A stretch of 64,000 nucleotides of DNA from Selaginella moellendorffii (taxonomy: Eukaryota > Plantae > Lycopodiophyta), in contig NW_003314314.1 in the NCBI RefSeq assembly GCF_000143415.4, forward strand, positions 501,771 through 565,770, in the 5' to 3' direction. Positions within the stretch are counted from its first letter, which is position 1; the number at the start of each line of letters is the position of its first letter. This document shows positions 40,647 through 53,501 of the stretch, in pieces. The notes beneath the pieces were generated by a model. It worked only from the letters and a program-made list of their open reading frames with translations. It was not told the origin of the DNA and did not search any database. The position numbers and the translations under genes were made by a program.

Positions 40647-41709
40647 TCTCTTTCCCTTAACTCGGGGGTTTTCTCCTCCAATCGCTTAGAACAAAAGATT
40701 TGGAGAGCTGTGATGTGAGTAAGAAGCCCGGGCGGCGCACGAGATTTGCGTGAGTCAGGGCACAATGCGAGCTAGAGAGAGCGCGGCCCTGGCCAAGAAC
40801 ACGACAATCGGCATGCATAGAATCGAAATCGCGACCATACCGGGCAGATTTGCGGAGCTCCACGACAGATCTCGCGCCTCGCTCGCTATAGCGCCATCAA
40901 TCCCTCGCCGGGAGGCCTAGAAAAGAAGAGGAGATCGCCGCCAAAACCCACATTCAAGGCGCTGGAACCGAATCGCGTTGCGCAGGGAGCCGAGAGGAGG
41001 AGTAGCAAATCTCCCTCCCGATCGATTGGACGAATCAATCGACCAAGGGGGCACACGTTTTTGCGCTCTCCCTATACCCTGCCTCCTTTTTATACTAAAA
41101 GGTCTCCCGGGGTTTCACAAATGACCTACGTACCGCGTACGGACCCAGCCACCGGGAACTTCCGTACCGACCGGGTGGCGTGGTTCACGTGTTCTTGGCC
41201 GTCCGTACTCCCTGGTTGTGGAAAGTGACCAAAGGGGCTTGTGTTTTTTGTGGCTGGGGCTGCTCTATTGAAGGCCGATGCTTTTGGATCGATTCCATGG
41301 ACGTATGTTGGATGTTAAAGGATCAAACTAAAATATCGCTGGCATCAAGTTTGTAATATAACGATTTCTATGGGTATCTCTTACAGGTAGCAAAACGGTG
41401 ACAGTGTTCATCCACACACGCAAAAGGGATGTTTCCAGATTATGCTTTTGAAACTTTCCAAGTGTCCAATTTGCGGCCGATTCGACTCATATTGACTTGT
41501 CAAAGTTGGAGTCAAAGGGAGTCAAGTTCAAACGCAGTCGGGTCATGAAATCGTTTTTTTACCAGAATCCCATCATTTTTCTTCCAATGAACCTGGACGA
41601 TATTGAGACCAGGTTCGTGATCCAGGTGTACATTGGGGCCATGTTCATTGCATCCACTACACCTGGACGGAGGGCACGTCCATGTACATCCCGTACGATT
41701 TTTTGCCAC

Positions 41710-42773
41710 TTAGTCGTCCAGCACTTCAGCCTCCACGTCCACTATCGCACCACTTGAATCTTCCAGGAGAACATCGACTTTGATTAGAGCACCGAATAAA
41801 AGCGAAAGAAAACGATACCATCTTCACCAACGTATGAAGTCCGCGTCTCGTTTCGCTGGCTTGGGTTATAAAAACTCGGCCCGTCTCTGACGAAAACTTT
41901 GTTGTCGACTGGAAGCGCAATCGGAATTGTCATGATCGAAAGGAGCACGGAGGATTTTAATACCTTTGAATGGTTGTGTGCAGTATGGGCAGAGCTGGAG
42001 CTCGTCCTTGACTGCGAATCTGTTGACACGGTGATTCTCTGGTGCCAGGAAACTTTAAAGAAAACTTACTCAAAGACTTGGAACTCGTTGCCACAGTTGG
42101 GACACTGCGAGGAAAAGGAACTGGGAAAGCGTTAGCTCGCAAGAAAGAAAATCCAGAAGTTTGAAGCGTGCAAAAAGAGAGGCTTACATTACCCGTAATA
42201 ATCTCCCGCTCCACAAACCAGAAGTACGCAACCAAAGCAACAAGAGGGGCAAGAATGAAAAAGAGCTGCAAAAAAAAGAAAAAAGAAAGTCAAATTGGCT
42301 AGAAAAGAACGAAAGAGAAAGCGGAAGAAATCGAAGGGAATTCGATTCTTCTCAGTTCTTACCCAGAGAGAGATCACAGCATCAAAAATCCACCCAAGCT
42401 TTCCAGTGACGGTGAGATACGCTAGAGCGCCAGTGATTGCAGCATTGAGGACCATTCCACCGACATTGGTGCCACCACCACCATTTCTTTTCCCTCCATT
42501 GCCGGAATCATCGAATCTAAACTTCGCTGTCAGCCTTGCTAATCGTACTTGCCTGCTGCTAGTAGCCAATCCCAGCCCGACTCCACTAGTGCTAGTGCTA
42601 GTGCCGTGGCGGCGCAGCGATGCCAGGCAGCACACATTCTTGCCTGATGCTGCCCCGGCTCTGGATTGAAACCCTAGACCGACCTTGATGGCAAAATCTT
42701 CCCGACGAGGAGAGTCTCTAGCTCCAGCTCGAGCTGCCGCAGCACCTTGCCGCAGCCAATCCAGTGACGCCAT
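41710..42773 (-). CDS. Probable plastid-targeted membrane protein with a CxxC...CxxC zinc ribbon, multi-exon
   Basis: Ser/Ala/Arg-rich N-terminus; two hydrophobic segments; ITGNCPNCGNEFQVF and PQLCPYCTQPFKV; C-terminus AIVDVEAEVLDD*. Confidence 0.72.
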
Positions 42774-43399
42774 GGAAAAGAAACGACGTAGCCCTAGACA
42801 GCGATGTATCAAATTCCTCCATGGCGCCAAAGGTTTAACATTATCCAGAAGTTCAACCATAATGGTGGTCAGAAATTTAAGAAAGTTGACTTTATTGTGA
42901 CAACATACTATATTATTATTACTCTAATAAGTGTATAATTAACATATTATATATTATTATTAGCGTAATAGGATTCTGATCCACTTCTTCTTCTATATAA
43001 TCTAGAGTTTTGGATTAATATCAATATGCATATTATACATAGGAGATGAAGGGCAATTTTAGAAATAATTGGATTTTTTTTTTTAAATTTAACTTTTGCA
43101 TTGTTTAAATTTTTTTGTTCTTGTAAAATTTTCCATTTCTTTTCTATTGCTCTCTTCTGTCAAAAGGTTCATTCAATACCTATTTAATTAGAGTTTACTT
43201 TCTAATTTTTTTATAATAATTTGTTAATATGGATTTAAATTTATCTTCCATCGCTCAATCTGTTACTATATATTATTATCTACATTTGCATCATATAATA
43301 AAGTTAGTTTTCATTCTCCATAGCAACAACTATATGCATATGTGTAAGATGAAATAAATTTAGTTATGTGATCATGAGCTTGAGTTTCAATTGTTACAG

Positions 43400-44370
43400 A
43401 TAATGCTAAGTCAAAATTTTAACCATGTTTTTATATGAGTTTGTTACATGATTTTTTGCTTTAAATAATGGTTTTGCAACTTTCAAATGGATAATGGGAA
43501 AGTTTCTCTATAATATATTAAAAATGACTACTAACCTCATTGTTGATATTTTGATTCACTCAAAAGGGACATAATAAGAATATATATGTTTGTAATATTC
43601 AAAAGTTGTTAGATCAATTGTGTAAAATTAATTTGAAACTAAAGTAGTCTAATTGTTTGTTTAGATCCCAAGATTTATCTTGGGTATTGCATTTCTTGCA
43701 AAGACATACATGTTGATCCTAATAAATTTATAGTTGTTTTAAAGTTTGATAGTTAGAATCAATTATAATTTCCCCTTTATTTGTGTTAATAATGTTTTAA
43801 TATTTTTTGTCTAGAGTGGATCAAACAATGATCCTATGTGTATAGTTGAAGCATTGCATATCTTGACATCTCAATTAGGGATACACCACATTTTTATGTG
43901 TTAATCATTCACAAAATGATGGTTTAATGGAACAATTCATTATGACCTTCAAAGGGATGATTATAAAATATATAAAATTTTATATTTAAATTGGGATGGT
44001 TATTTGTCATCCTTTTAGCTTATAAATGTAATAGTGGTGTATGTTTTGTTGATGTTTCACTATATAAACTCTTATATGGTTATAATTTTTATTATTAATG
44101 GAGTTAACTTATCTTTACAATTGCCATAAGTTGATAATGCTAGGTTTTGGGATTAATATTAAAGAAGCATTCTTGGAATTGTCCAAGTGCAATTTATTAA
44201 ACACTTAAATTATAAGTGGAACAATAGTATCATTATAACTCTCACCTACAAAGTATAAAATAAATAATTTAGTGTTATTTTTTCATCCCAATTTTACAGT
44301 ATATAGTTTGTTTAAAAAGTTCCTTACCCAATGGAAGGGATTATATCAAGTATTATAGCAAGCTGGATTT
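43400..44370 (+). mobile_element. Heavily AT-eroded Ty3/gypsy integrase relic
   Basis: Short frames QLGIHH...HSQNDGLMEQFIMTFKGM (43873-43959, cf. HPQTDGxxERxxxTLKxM) and KKFLTQWKGLYQV (44314-44352, cf. the GPY/F motif). Boundaries approximate. Confidence 0.6.
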
Positions 44371-44411
44371 TTATAACATTTACCACGACATTTAGTAAAC
44401 CAATCCTTAAA

Positions 44412-44416
<5 letters not shown>

Positions 44417-44472
<56 letters not shown>
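44417..44472. repeat. (TA)n microsatellite
   Basis: Seen directly. Confidence 0.95.
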
Positions 44473-44475
<3 letters not shown>

Positions 44476-47422
44476 ATTTAAAGCACTTTACAAAAAAATC
44501 ATAAATAAATTATACTATCTATGGATGCACCAATGCCTCCTCTTGATATTCTTCTAATGTTGATTATAAAATTCTAACTATCTCTCATCCTTCAAGAAAG
44601 AGTTATATTACAGTATATTAATATTAGTGTAGTGAGATTTTAATAGCAATTAAATTGGATTATATAGAGTTAGGATTTTAAAGTAATACAAATAACTATA
44701 TAATCTAGTTATATATTTCCCACACGATTGTAAAACTGAATTTTCAAATCTTTATGTTCAGTGTGGCCATGGTGAGGTTGCATTGGATCTCTTTTTTGCA
44801 ATGAAGTGCTAAGGATTAGCTAAATAAGAATTTAGAATATGCCAATATCTTGTGTTAGGTTCACTTTTGAAATGATAGTTGTTTTGGTATGTAGTGTTCA
44901 ATGTAGATATCTATATTGAACCTACTTAAAAAAAAACTTGTGATTTTTGTACCCCCTTAATTTATAAAATAACTTTTTTATTTTATTGCCCTTACTAAAT
45001 TTATTATTTAGTCTAGCATCAAAAGTTCAAACATTGGGAGTGCATCTTCTCTTTTTTTCTCATTTAGTATAAAAAGCTTTATAGCAAGCATTATCAAATG
45101 TTTCTTTTCTCTAAATTCATAATAGCAACTCATGTTTTAAACCATATGGACCTTTATTAAAAACATTCCATTAGAAATTTAATTAAAAATCGTGGATTAT
45201 CAAAATGGAATTCATAAAAATTTATTGTAGAATTCAAGATTCAAAGAATTCAATTTAGAATTGCATGATGAAAATTTTGTTAATTCTTTATAAAAATATT
45301 GCATTGATTAATTGAGCTCGATCCTGGAGTACAATCTGGGGCACCCTAAGCTCAAAGTTGAGCCCCAAACTCAAGTTGGGAAACTTATGATGCATGCTCT
45401 TAGTGTTCACCATATTCACCATGACCAGAATGAGGAAATGAATTGGATCATTAGATTAGCCAATTAAGCACTTGGCCTCGACCACTTAGAGCCTCCTGAT
45501 CCATATGCAAACTGAGAAACTTGGTAAAAGAGAGGAGAGATCAAAAACGAAAAAAAAAAGCCACTACCTGAGTGTTCCATGAGCTCCATGAGCAGGATGT
45601 TTGGATCGTTGCATATGATCTAAACAAACTAATTAGTCTTCTAAGCAAAAGAAGAAGACAATAAAAATAAAGCTTATAGATGGGTTGCTTGTGATCTAAA
45701 CAAACCAATTAGTCTTGCAAAAAAAAAAAAGAGACAAAAAAACTAATCTGATCACTATGGACATCCAAACCTCTTCAACATGTCAATCAAACTTGTCACA
45801 ATAAAGTCATTCTCACTCCTCATCGTCAACTCTGGATCAATTACATTGCCACACACCTAATTGTAGGGACGAAACTATGAATTTCTAGAGCGATCTCCTA
45901 TTATCCACATAGCTCAGCATCAAGGAATGACGCTGTGCCAGGGCATGCGATTGATGGAAGAGGAGGGCGTCTCTCTGTGTGACTAGGGTTTGTGGATGGA
46001 CCTGGACGAGCCTCACGAATTTGTTTCTATATATCTTGCATGTTGCAAGTGAATCGAGCAGCAGAGTCTCCATATTGCGAACAAATCAGTGAGCATTTGT
46101 GATAGGAGTGGAAATACTGGTTAGCGTACAAGTGGTCTAATATGTGTACTGGTGAAAGGCAGACCACCAAGAAGAACTTATAGCAAGAGAGACCATTTCC
46201 TCTAATAAAAAGTTTTCTTAAGATTATTTTGTAATTTTATGTTTATAAACACTAGGAAATCTTAGCCATTGATTACTTGAGAAGATTTAATTCTCAACCA
46301 TAACAGAAAACATTCTTAAAATATGCCTAAACACTTGAACATGAAAGAGAAAAAGAAGTTGAAGAGTCAACATCCTTGCAATATTCGATCAGATTTATGA
46401 GTTTACACGCCTACTGTTTATCTACTATTCAAGTCAATCTACCCTAATACGAATCACAATTTCTGTGTTTCTATACTGGAGAGGACAGAAAGAAGACAAG
46501 AAGCACGAAGATTTGTGGTACAGCCCACGCATAGATTCCAGTCCTATGTGAATGGAAGAATGTTTAGATCCACTTATGTGAAATTCTCCATTATGCTACT
46601 TTGATAGTCTTGAATTGCCCAATGTGGAGCAACTTTCCTCTTGTGCACTGACCCAGACAATGGCATCACAAACTAGAACACCAAACAAGCCTTTGACACG
46701 TTAAAGTTCCACCTGTTAGCTCTTTATACAAGTCAAACTGACCTCCCACAAGACATTTGGGAGATGCTAGTGCCCCTTGATTCAGCAAACATTTTGTATT
46801 GATTTTCAGATTTTGGGGTATCACCATTTATTCTTTTAATTGGCTTCACCACCAAACACGAAGAATTGTTGCACAAATCGAATCCATCACATTGTTGATC
46901 TATGATAAGAAAAGTCCAATCGAAAGAAAATTTCCAAAGATAACATTGATTAGTGGCTAATCGATTTTATTGCCTTTCACTTGACGGGAGCAAGACGTTC
47001 GCGGGGGTAGGTCGGTCGGTCATGAAATTGACGACTTCTTTGCGTGGGGTAAAAACTAAAAGCTCAAAAGTCCTTTTTACAGTAATTCTTACGGCCGGCC
47101 GTACTTCGTGGCAGCCTGCCATTGGTTACCGCTTAATGGCTTGACGGACATATCATGCGTGGCCGCATGCTGTGAGCATGCGGATGCGTCACTCACATTT
47201 TTCACCGCGCTTTTACCCGAGGTGGATTATTTTCATCATGGGAAAATTAGAAAAAAGGGACACTATCTTTCTAGGGTGAAAAAAATATTTCGGAGGAATG
47301 CGCGAGGCGCCGCAGCTATGGCGCACGGCGCCGGGCAGGGCTGAGGAGGTTGCGCGAGAGGGGAGGATTTGAGGAGCTTGGCGCCGCGATCGATCGATTC
47401 AGGCATTCTATGATCAGGTAGA

Positions 47423-50400
47423 ATGCCAGGGCAGAGGGTCACGATGATGCTCTCTCAGCAAAGCGTCATACGGCAGCAGCAGCCTTTCGCGAGGGATCCC
47501 GTGAGGAGCGATTTCCCGGATCATCAGCTGCTGCCCCGTCACGCTGCTCAATCAGCTGCCGAGGTTTTGGGATCCGTTTGTTTGGAAGGATTGCAAGGTG
47601 AGCCTTTTTTTTCCTATTTTTTCCCTCGCGAGGGATTTGTTTAGGTTTCTAAATTCTCGACTGTAGACGGGGATACGCTGTTGGCACTGGCGCACCAAGA
47701 GTACAAGGCTGGGAACTACAAGCAGGCATTAAAACATTGCAATGTAGTACACGAAAGGAGCTCGAAACGTACTGATGTCTTGCTGCTACTTGGAGCGATC
47801 TATTACCAGGTGCTCGATACTGAATTCTTTTTCAAACAAGTCTTGTCTAACTCGCTACGTTTGTTTCTACAGCTTCACGATTTTGATATGTGTATAGCTA
47901 AGAACGAAGAGGCTTTGAGGATAGATCCACAGTTCGCAGAGTGTTACGGAAATATGGCCAATGCATTTAAGGTAGATATTGAAGATTCAAGTACGAACTT
48001 GACAGATCTTTTTGCAGGAAAAAGGGAATGTGGACCTTGCTATTCAGTATTACCTTGTTGCTATAGAGGTATCTTGTATCATCGTTGTAAATTAATCGTT
48101 TATTTAATGTTTTATGCAGCTGAGGCCGGGGTTTTGCGATGCATGGTCGAATCTGGCCAGTGCTTACATGCGGAAAGGGAGGCTTCAGGAAGCTGCAGCA
48201 TGTTGTCGACACGCCCTGACATTGAATCCCCGTCTTGTACGTTGCAAATCGCTAGTCTTGTCAAGGGGTGATATTCCTTTTCCCATTCTGCAGGTTGATG
48301 CCCACAGCAACCTTGGTAATCTCCTCAAAGCTCAGGGCTTGGCTCCGCATGTAAATTTGTGAAGGTTGAAACTCCTTTCTCGACGTTAAACATTTTCTTG
48401 CAGGCGTATTATTGTTATGCTGAAGCCATCCGAATACAGCCGACTTTTGCTATTGCGTGGTCAAATCTTGCTGGCCTGTTGATGGAAGCAGGGGACTACG
48501 AAAGAGCTCTTGCTTATTATCAGGTTGGAAAACGCAAAGTTTATGTTTTCTGAATTTTTATCCATGCAGGAGGCTATTCGATTAAAGCCAAACTTTGCGG
48601 ACGCTCATTTGAATCTTGGGAATGCCTTGAAAGTAAGTTGAGTGGCATGTTCCTAGTAAGCGATCTAAAGATTGTGGTTTTTTAGAATCTTGGTAAAGCT
48701 CAGGAGTCCATAGTCTGCTACTTGCGAGCCATTCAACTCCGGCCAGACTATGCAATTGCGTACGGTACGCGCTACTTTCCAAGCTTTCTGAATGCGTCCT
48801 GGTCGAGCTTGAGTGTGGAGTCAGACTGTGATCCCTGGCAATAGTGGTCTAACTGGCTGCGTTTCCTTGTTTTTTGTTTTTTCCATGTGTGTTGATCATG
48901 AAGATGCGCGGGCTGGAGGCCATCCTGGAAGCATTCAAAGGGCTTCCTTGAAGACATTGTGTCGCAAGAGTGGTGTTAGTTGTGAAGTTAAGCTGCTTGT
49001 CAGGGATCAGCTTGTTTGTGAACCCCTACTGCCTGTGGCCATTGTATGCCTGCTCCCTGGGTGTGTGTTTCTTCAGGCAGTTCAAGAAGGTTTGGCCGCA
49101 TCGCAGCTATGTGTGGAGCATTTGGTAACATTAGTTATAGGAAGAACGGGAAGGTGCATGTAGGTCTTAGGGGAGCTTGCTGGACCCGGCATGAATGTGT
49201 GCAGGAAATCTGGCAAGCGTGTACTATGAACAAGGACAATTGGACCAGGCGATTTTGCACTACCACAAAGCCATCATGTTGGATTCATCTTTTATAGAGG
49301 CTTATAACAATTTGGTAGGATATCTTCTCATTTATTTTTTTCTAAGTGGAGTTGTTTTTCTCCAGGGAAATGCTCTCAAAGACGCTGGAAGGGTGGACGA
49401 AGCGATTGCTTGTTATCAGGTGAGCACTCAATTGTCCATTATAAAAGGTAACTTACATCTGGATTGGCAGCACTGTCTGACACTTCAAGCTAACCATCCT
49501 CAGGCGCTCACAAACCTTGGAAACATTTACATGGAATGGTAATTTTCAAACCTTTGTTCCTCTCATCCGCTAAGTTGAAGCCTTTCTAGGAACATGATTT
49601 CCATGGCGGCGAATTTTTACAAGGCCACTTTGAACGTTACAACGGGTTTGTCAGCCCCGTACAGTAACCTTGCGACTATTTACAAGCAGCAGGTAAAAGT
49701 TTCCTCTTAATGTTTTGAAGTTTTCTTGAGTGCCAAGTTCTTTACAGGGTCATTATGCTGAGGCGATAGCATGTTACAATGAAGTTCTACGGATAGACCC
49801 TACAGCGGCTGACGGCCTTGTTAATAGAGGAAACACCCTGAAAGAAGCTGGACGTGTTACTGAAGCTATTCAGGATTATTTGAGAGCAGTAGCAATAAGG
49901 CCGAACATGGCTGAAGGCCATGCAAACCTTGCATCTGCTTACAAAGACAGGTTTTGTGTGCATACGCATAGAGTGATACTAATTTTGTGTGTTTCTGCAG
50001 TGGACATGTGGAATCTGCTATCAAGAGCTATAAGCAAGCATTGCAACTTAGGATCGATTTTCCGGAAGCCACCTGCAACTTGTTGCACACTTTGCAGGTT
50101 TGTCATTTTAAAGCAAATATCTACGGAGGATATGTAATATTTGTGTTACTCTGCAGTGTGTGTGTGACTGGGATGGAAGAGATAAAAAGTTCGAAGAAGT
50201 GCAAGAGATCATCAAGAAACAAATTAAGGTCTTTTGTCTTTTCTTCTTCTTTGTCGGTTGACCGATATAGTTATTTCAGATGGAAGTTCTTCCTAGTGTG
50301 CAACCGTTTCACGCCATCGCGTATCCATTAGATCCTTTGTTGGCGTTGGAAATAAGGTTCTCACGTTTTATATTGGTTTCTTTGTTCTTACCCGTACCTT

Positions 50401-52244
50401 ACAGTCGGAAATATGCCGAGCATTGTTCTTTGGTAGCTTCACGATTTTCGCTCCAGCCATTTGTCCATCCACCTGCCGTACGTGTTAAAGACGAAGGCGG
50501 TAGCGGTAGATTGCGTTTGGGGTATGTCATTGTACTGAAAGATGTTGACGTTCCTAATGCTGTTTCCTTATTACAGTTACGTGAGCAGCGATTTTGGTAA
50601 TCATCCGCTTTCTCATTTGATGGGTTCCGTTTTTAAAATGCACAATAGAAAGAATGTAGAGGTACATTTGGAAGCTTCCTTTTTTCTGTTATCTAACTCT
50701 CACTTGCAGGTGTTTTGTTATGCTTTGAGTCAAAGTGACGGCAGTGAATGGCGACAGAGAATCATGAACGAAGCTGAGCATTTTAAAGATATGTCGGCGA
50801 TGTCGTCAGACATGATCGCAAGAACGATCGCTGATGATCAAATACAAGTTCTAGTTAATCTGAACGGCTACACGAAGGTCGGTGATAATTGTTAATATCT
50901 TGCTATAAAAATTTATGTGTGTTTCTCAGGGAGCTAAAAATGAGATATTTGCTTTGAAACCGGCCCCCATTCAAGTTTCGTACATGGGATTTCCCGGGAC
51001 AACGGGTGCGCAGTATATTGATTATTTGGTCGTTGACGAGGTGCGTTTCCTGGATCGTCTCAAGTTTCTCTGATTGTTGGGATCATTTATATGTAGCTTG
51101 TGTGTCCGAATGAATTCGCGCATATTTATTCTGAAAAGCTTGTGCATCTTCCACACTGCTACTTTGTCAACGATTATAAGCAGGTTCGGTTCGGCGAGAT
51201 CTGAATGCCTGAAAACTAATCAACAATCTTTCAGAAAAATCGGGACGTATTGGATAGTACGAATTTGCCCAAGCGATCGGACTACGGTCTTCCAGAAGAT
51301 AAGTTTATATTTGCATGTTTCAACCAGCTGTACAAGATGGACCCGGAAATTTTTACAACATGGTAAGAGTTTTGTCTTTGAATGTCCGGGCCTGACGTTT
51401 GTCTTGATCAGGTGTAACATATTGAAAAGAGTCCCAAACAGTGCGCTCTGGCTTTTACGCTTTCCCGCAGCTGGTGAAGACCGGCTGAAAGCATGTGAGT
51501 ACTTCTCATGGTTGTTGTCGATATTTCTTCTAACGGTTGCCCACTTTTCGGTAGTTGCTGTTGCGCAAGGGGTGGGACCTGGTCAAATTATCTTCACTGA
51601 TGTAGCAGCAAAAAACGAGCACATTCGACGGAGTGCTTTGGCCGATCTCTTCCTGGATACGTAAGTCCTGTCCGCTTGAAATCCTCTCGACTAAAACGTT
51701 TCCTTCTGTCCTTCATCCAGGCCGCTCTGCAACGCACACACAACCGGCACCGATGTGCTGTGGGCCGGACTTCCGATGATAACGCTGCCCTTGGAGAAAA
51801 TGGCCACGCGTGTCGCGATGTCACTGTGCTATGCTGCCGGCTTCGGGGACGAGATGGTGGTGAAAAAGTGAGCAAGATCTTTTCGCTTTCCGTGTTTTGG
51901 AATCTAACTCGTGGCGAATCTAATCCAGCATGCAGGAGTACGAAGACAGGGCTGTGATGCTTGCAGAGAATCCAAAAGCGCTCGAGAGCTTAACCTCGAG
52001 GCTGCGATCCGTCCGCTTAACCTGCCCTCTGTTCGACACTGAGCGCTGGGTGAGTAACTTTCAATCGCTTTGCTCTTCGTACGTCCCCCGCGGCTGTGAC
52101 TGACAAATCTAGCGAAACTCTCATCCTTTTCAGGTGGTTAACGCGGAGAGGTGCTACTTCAAGATGTGGAATCTTTATTGCGATGGAAAGCAGCCCCAGG
52201 CATTCAAAGTAGCCGAAAGCGAAGACTTCCCGAGTAATAGGTGA
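47423..52244 (+). CDS. SEC: O-GlcNAc transferase SECRET AGENT-like (TPR array + GT41 catalytic domain), many exons
   Basis: TPRs ([32 protein letters not shown]); [15 protein letters not shown]; NLNGYTKG; [13 protein letters not shown]; FNQLYKMDP; [13 protein letters not shown]. Start codon (47423 or 47444) uncertain. Confidence 0.94.
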
Positions 52245-53501
52245 CACCACAAGAAACCATGAAAAGGATCAGAGATCCTCGAAAGAACGCGAGATTGTCT
52301 CACAGGATCAATCGCAAACTTCATCTCACAGAAGTTTAGAGATAACGCGAGAAGAAGCGAGTCCTCCACAGTGACGCACTCTACAATCCACTGGGGAGAT
52401 TTAGAGAATCTAGACGTGCCAAGTGTGGTGACACGTGTCAGAAAAGCGGGTTGCCATGTGGCGGGCAAGGCTGATGCCTACGTGGCGGCCACTTGGCCAG
52501 GGGTGGATATTCCTTGCGTTTGAGTTGTATGTGTGCTTTGGACAGGACGTCGTGGACGTTGTGTAGACTGCAGTCATAGGTTCTCTCGTTTAGGCAATTT
52601 ACCAAACCTGCCACAGGGGTTTAAATGTGGCCGCCGCAAGCCGTCCACGTCTGTGCCGTGCGGTACGGGGAGGTGGTGCCGTACCACCGCGGGCGCGGTG
52701 TACGGAACCCACTCTTCGTGCTTGGAGCCCCCATTTTGTGCTTGGTCTCCCCCATAATTCTTTTTCTTTGTGGATCTTTGGCGCCGGGGGACGCGATCGA
52801 GGAGCCGGCAGCCAGGGCGATGCCCCGGGGCGGACCTCGGCATCTGGAATCCGTGCTCAGATTGCCGGTCGCTGCCGCGTCGAATCCAGGCATTGATCAG
52901 CTCCAGGGAATTCCGGCGTCATCTGGCGCATCGGATGTGAAAGGGGCCGATTGCCGCTCCTCCTTTGTTCTTGCTCCACTAGGTATGTGTCGCTCTCTTG
53001 CTTTTGATATTTCGATCGGATTCCGCGCGGGGAGCTGGATATTTGCGGGAATCGGATGTGACCGGTTGCACGATCCGTGAATTTCCTGTTCCTGGCGCCC
53101 GGATTTCGGTCTTTCTTGCCGGGATGGATTGTTTTGGGATCTTTTTTGTCTTGGATGAATGCTGCTTGTGGTATATTTGATTTCTTCTTGCGTTGGATGA
53201 ATGGATCGTGGATGGATGTATTGGATTTTTGGTCTCTTGATTTTTTTTTTTCGCTTGGTTGCGTCTTCCCGAGGATGACCTTTGTTCGTTTTGGCCCTGG
53301 TGAAAACGATGCTTGTGCGTGTGAGTGTCTTGTGTGTGTGGGGAGTGTGTGGCTGTGTAGGCAGGCTTAAAGGTTAGAGATTATTACTGCACGTGTGAAT
53401 TTTTGCGGGGAATATTTCGTCATATATATACTGGGCTCGGGTAAATTCTGGTTTTTTTTTTCTAGGATGCGGGATCGGATCGTCTGGCGCTTGCAGCTTC
53501 T

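Noticed and set aside
52260-53400. Possible miRNA precursor
   Set aside because: No recognisable conserved mature miRNA and no long hairpin evident.
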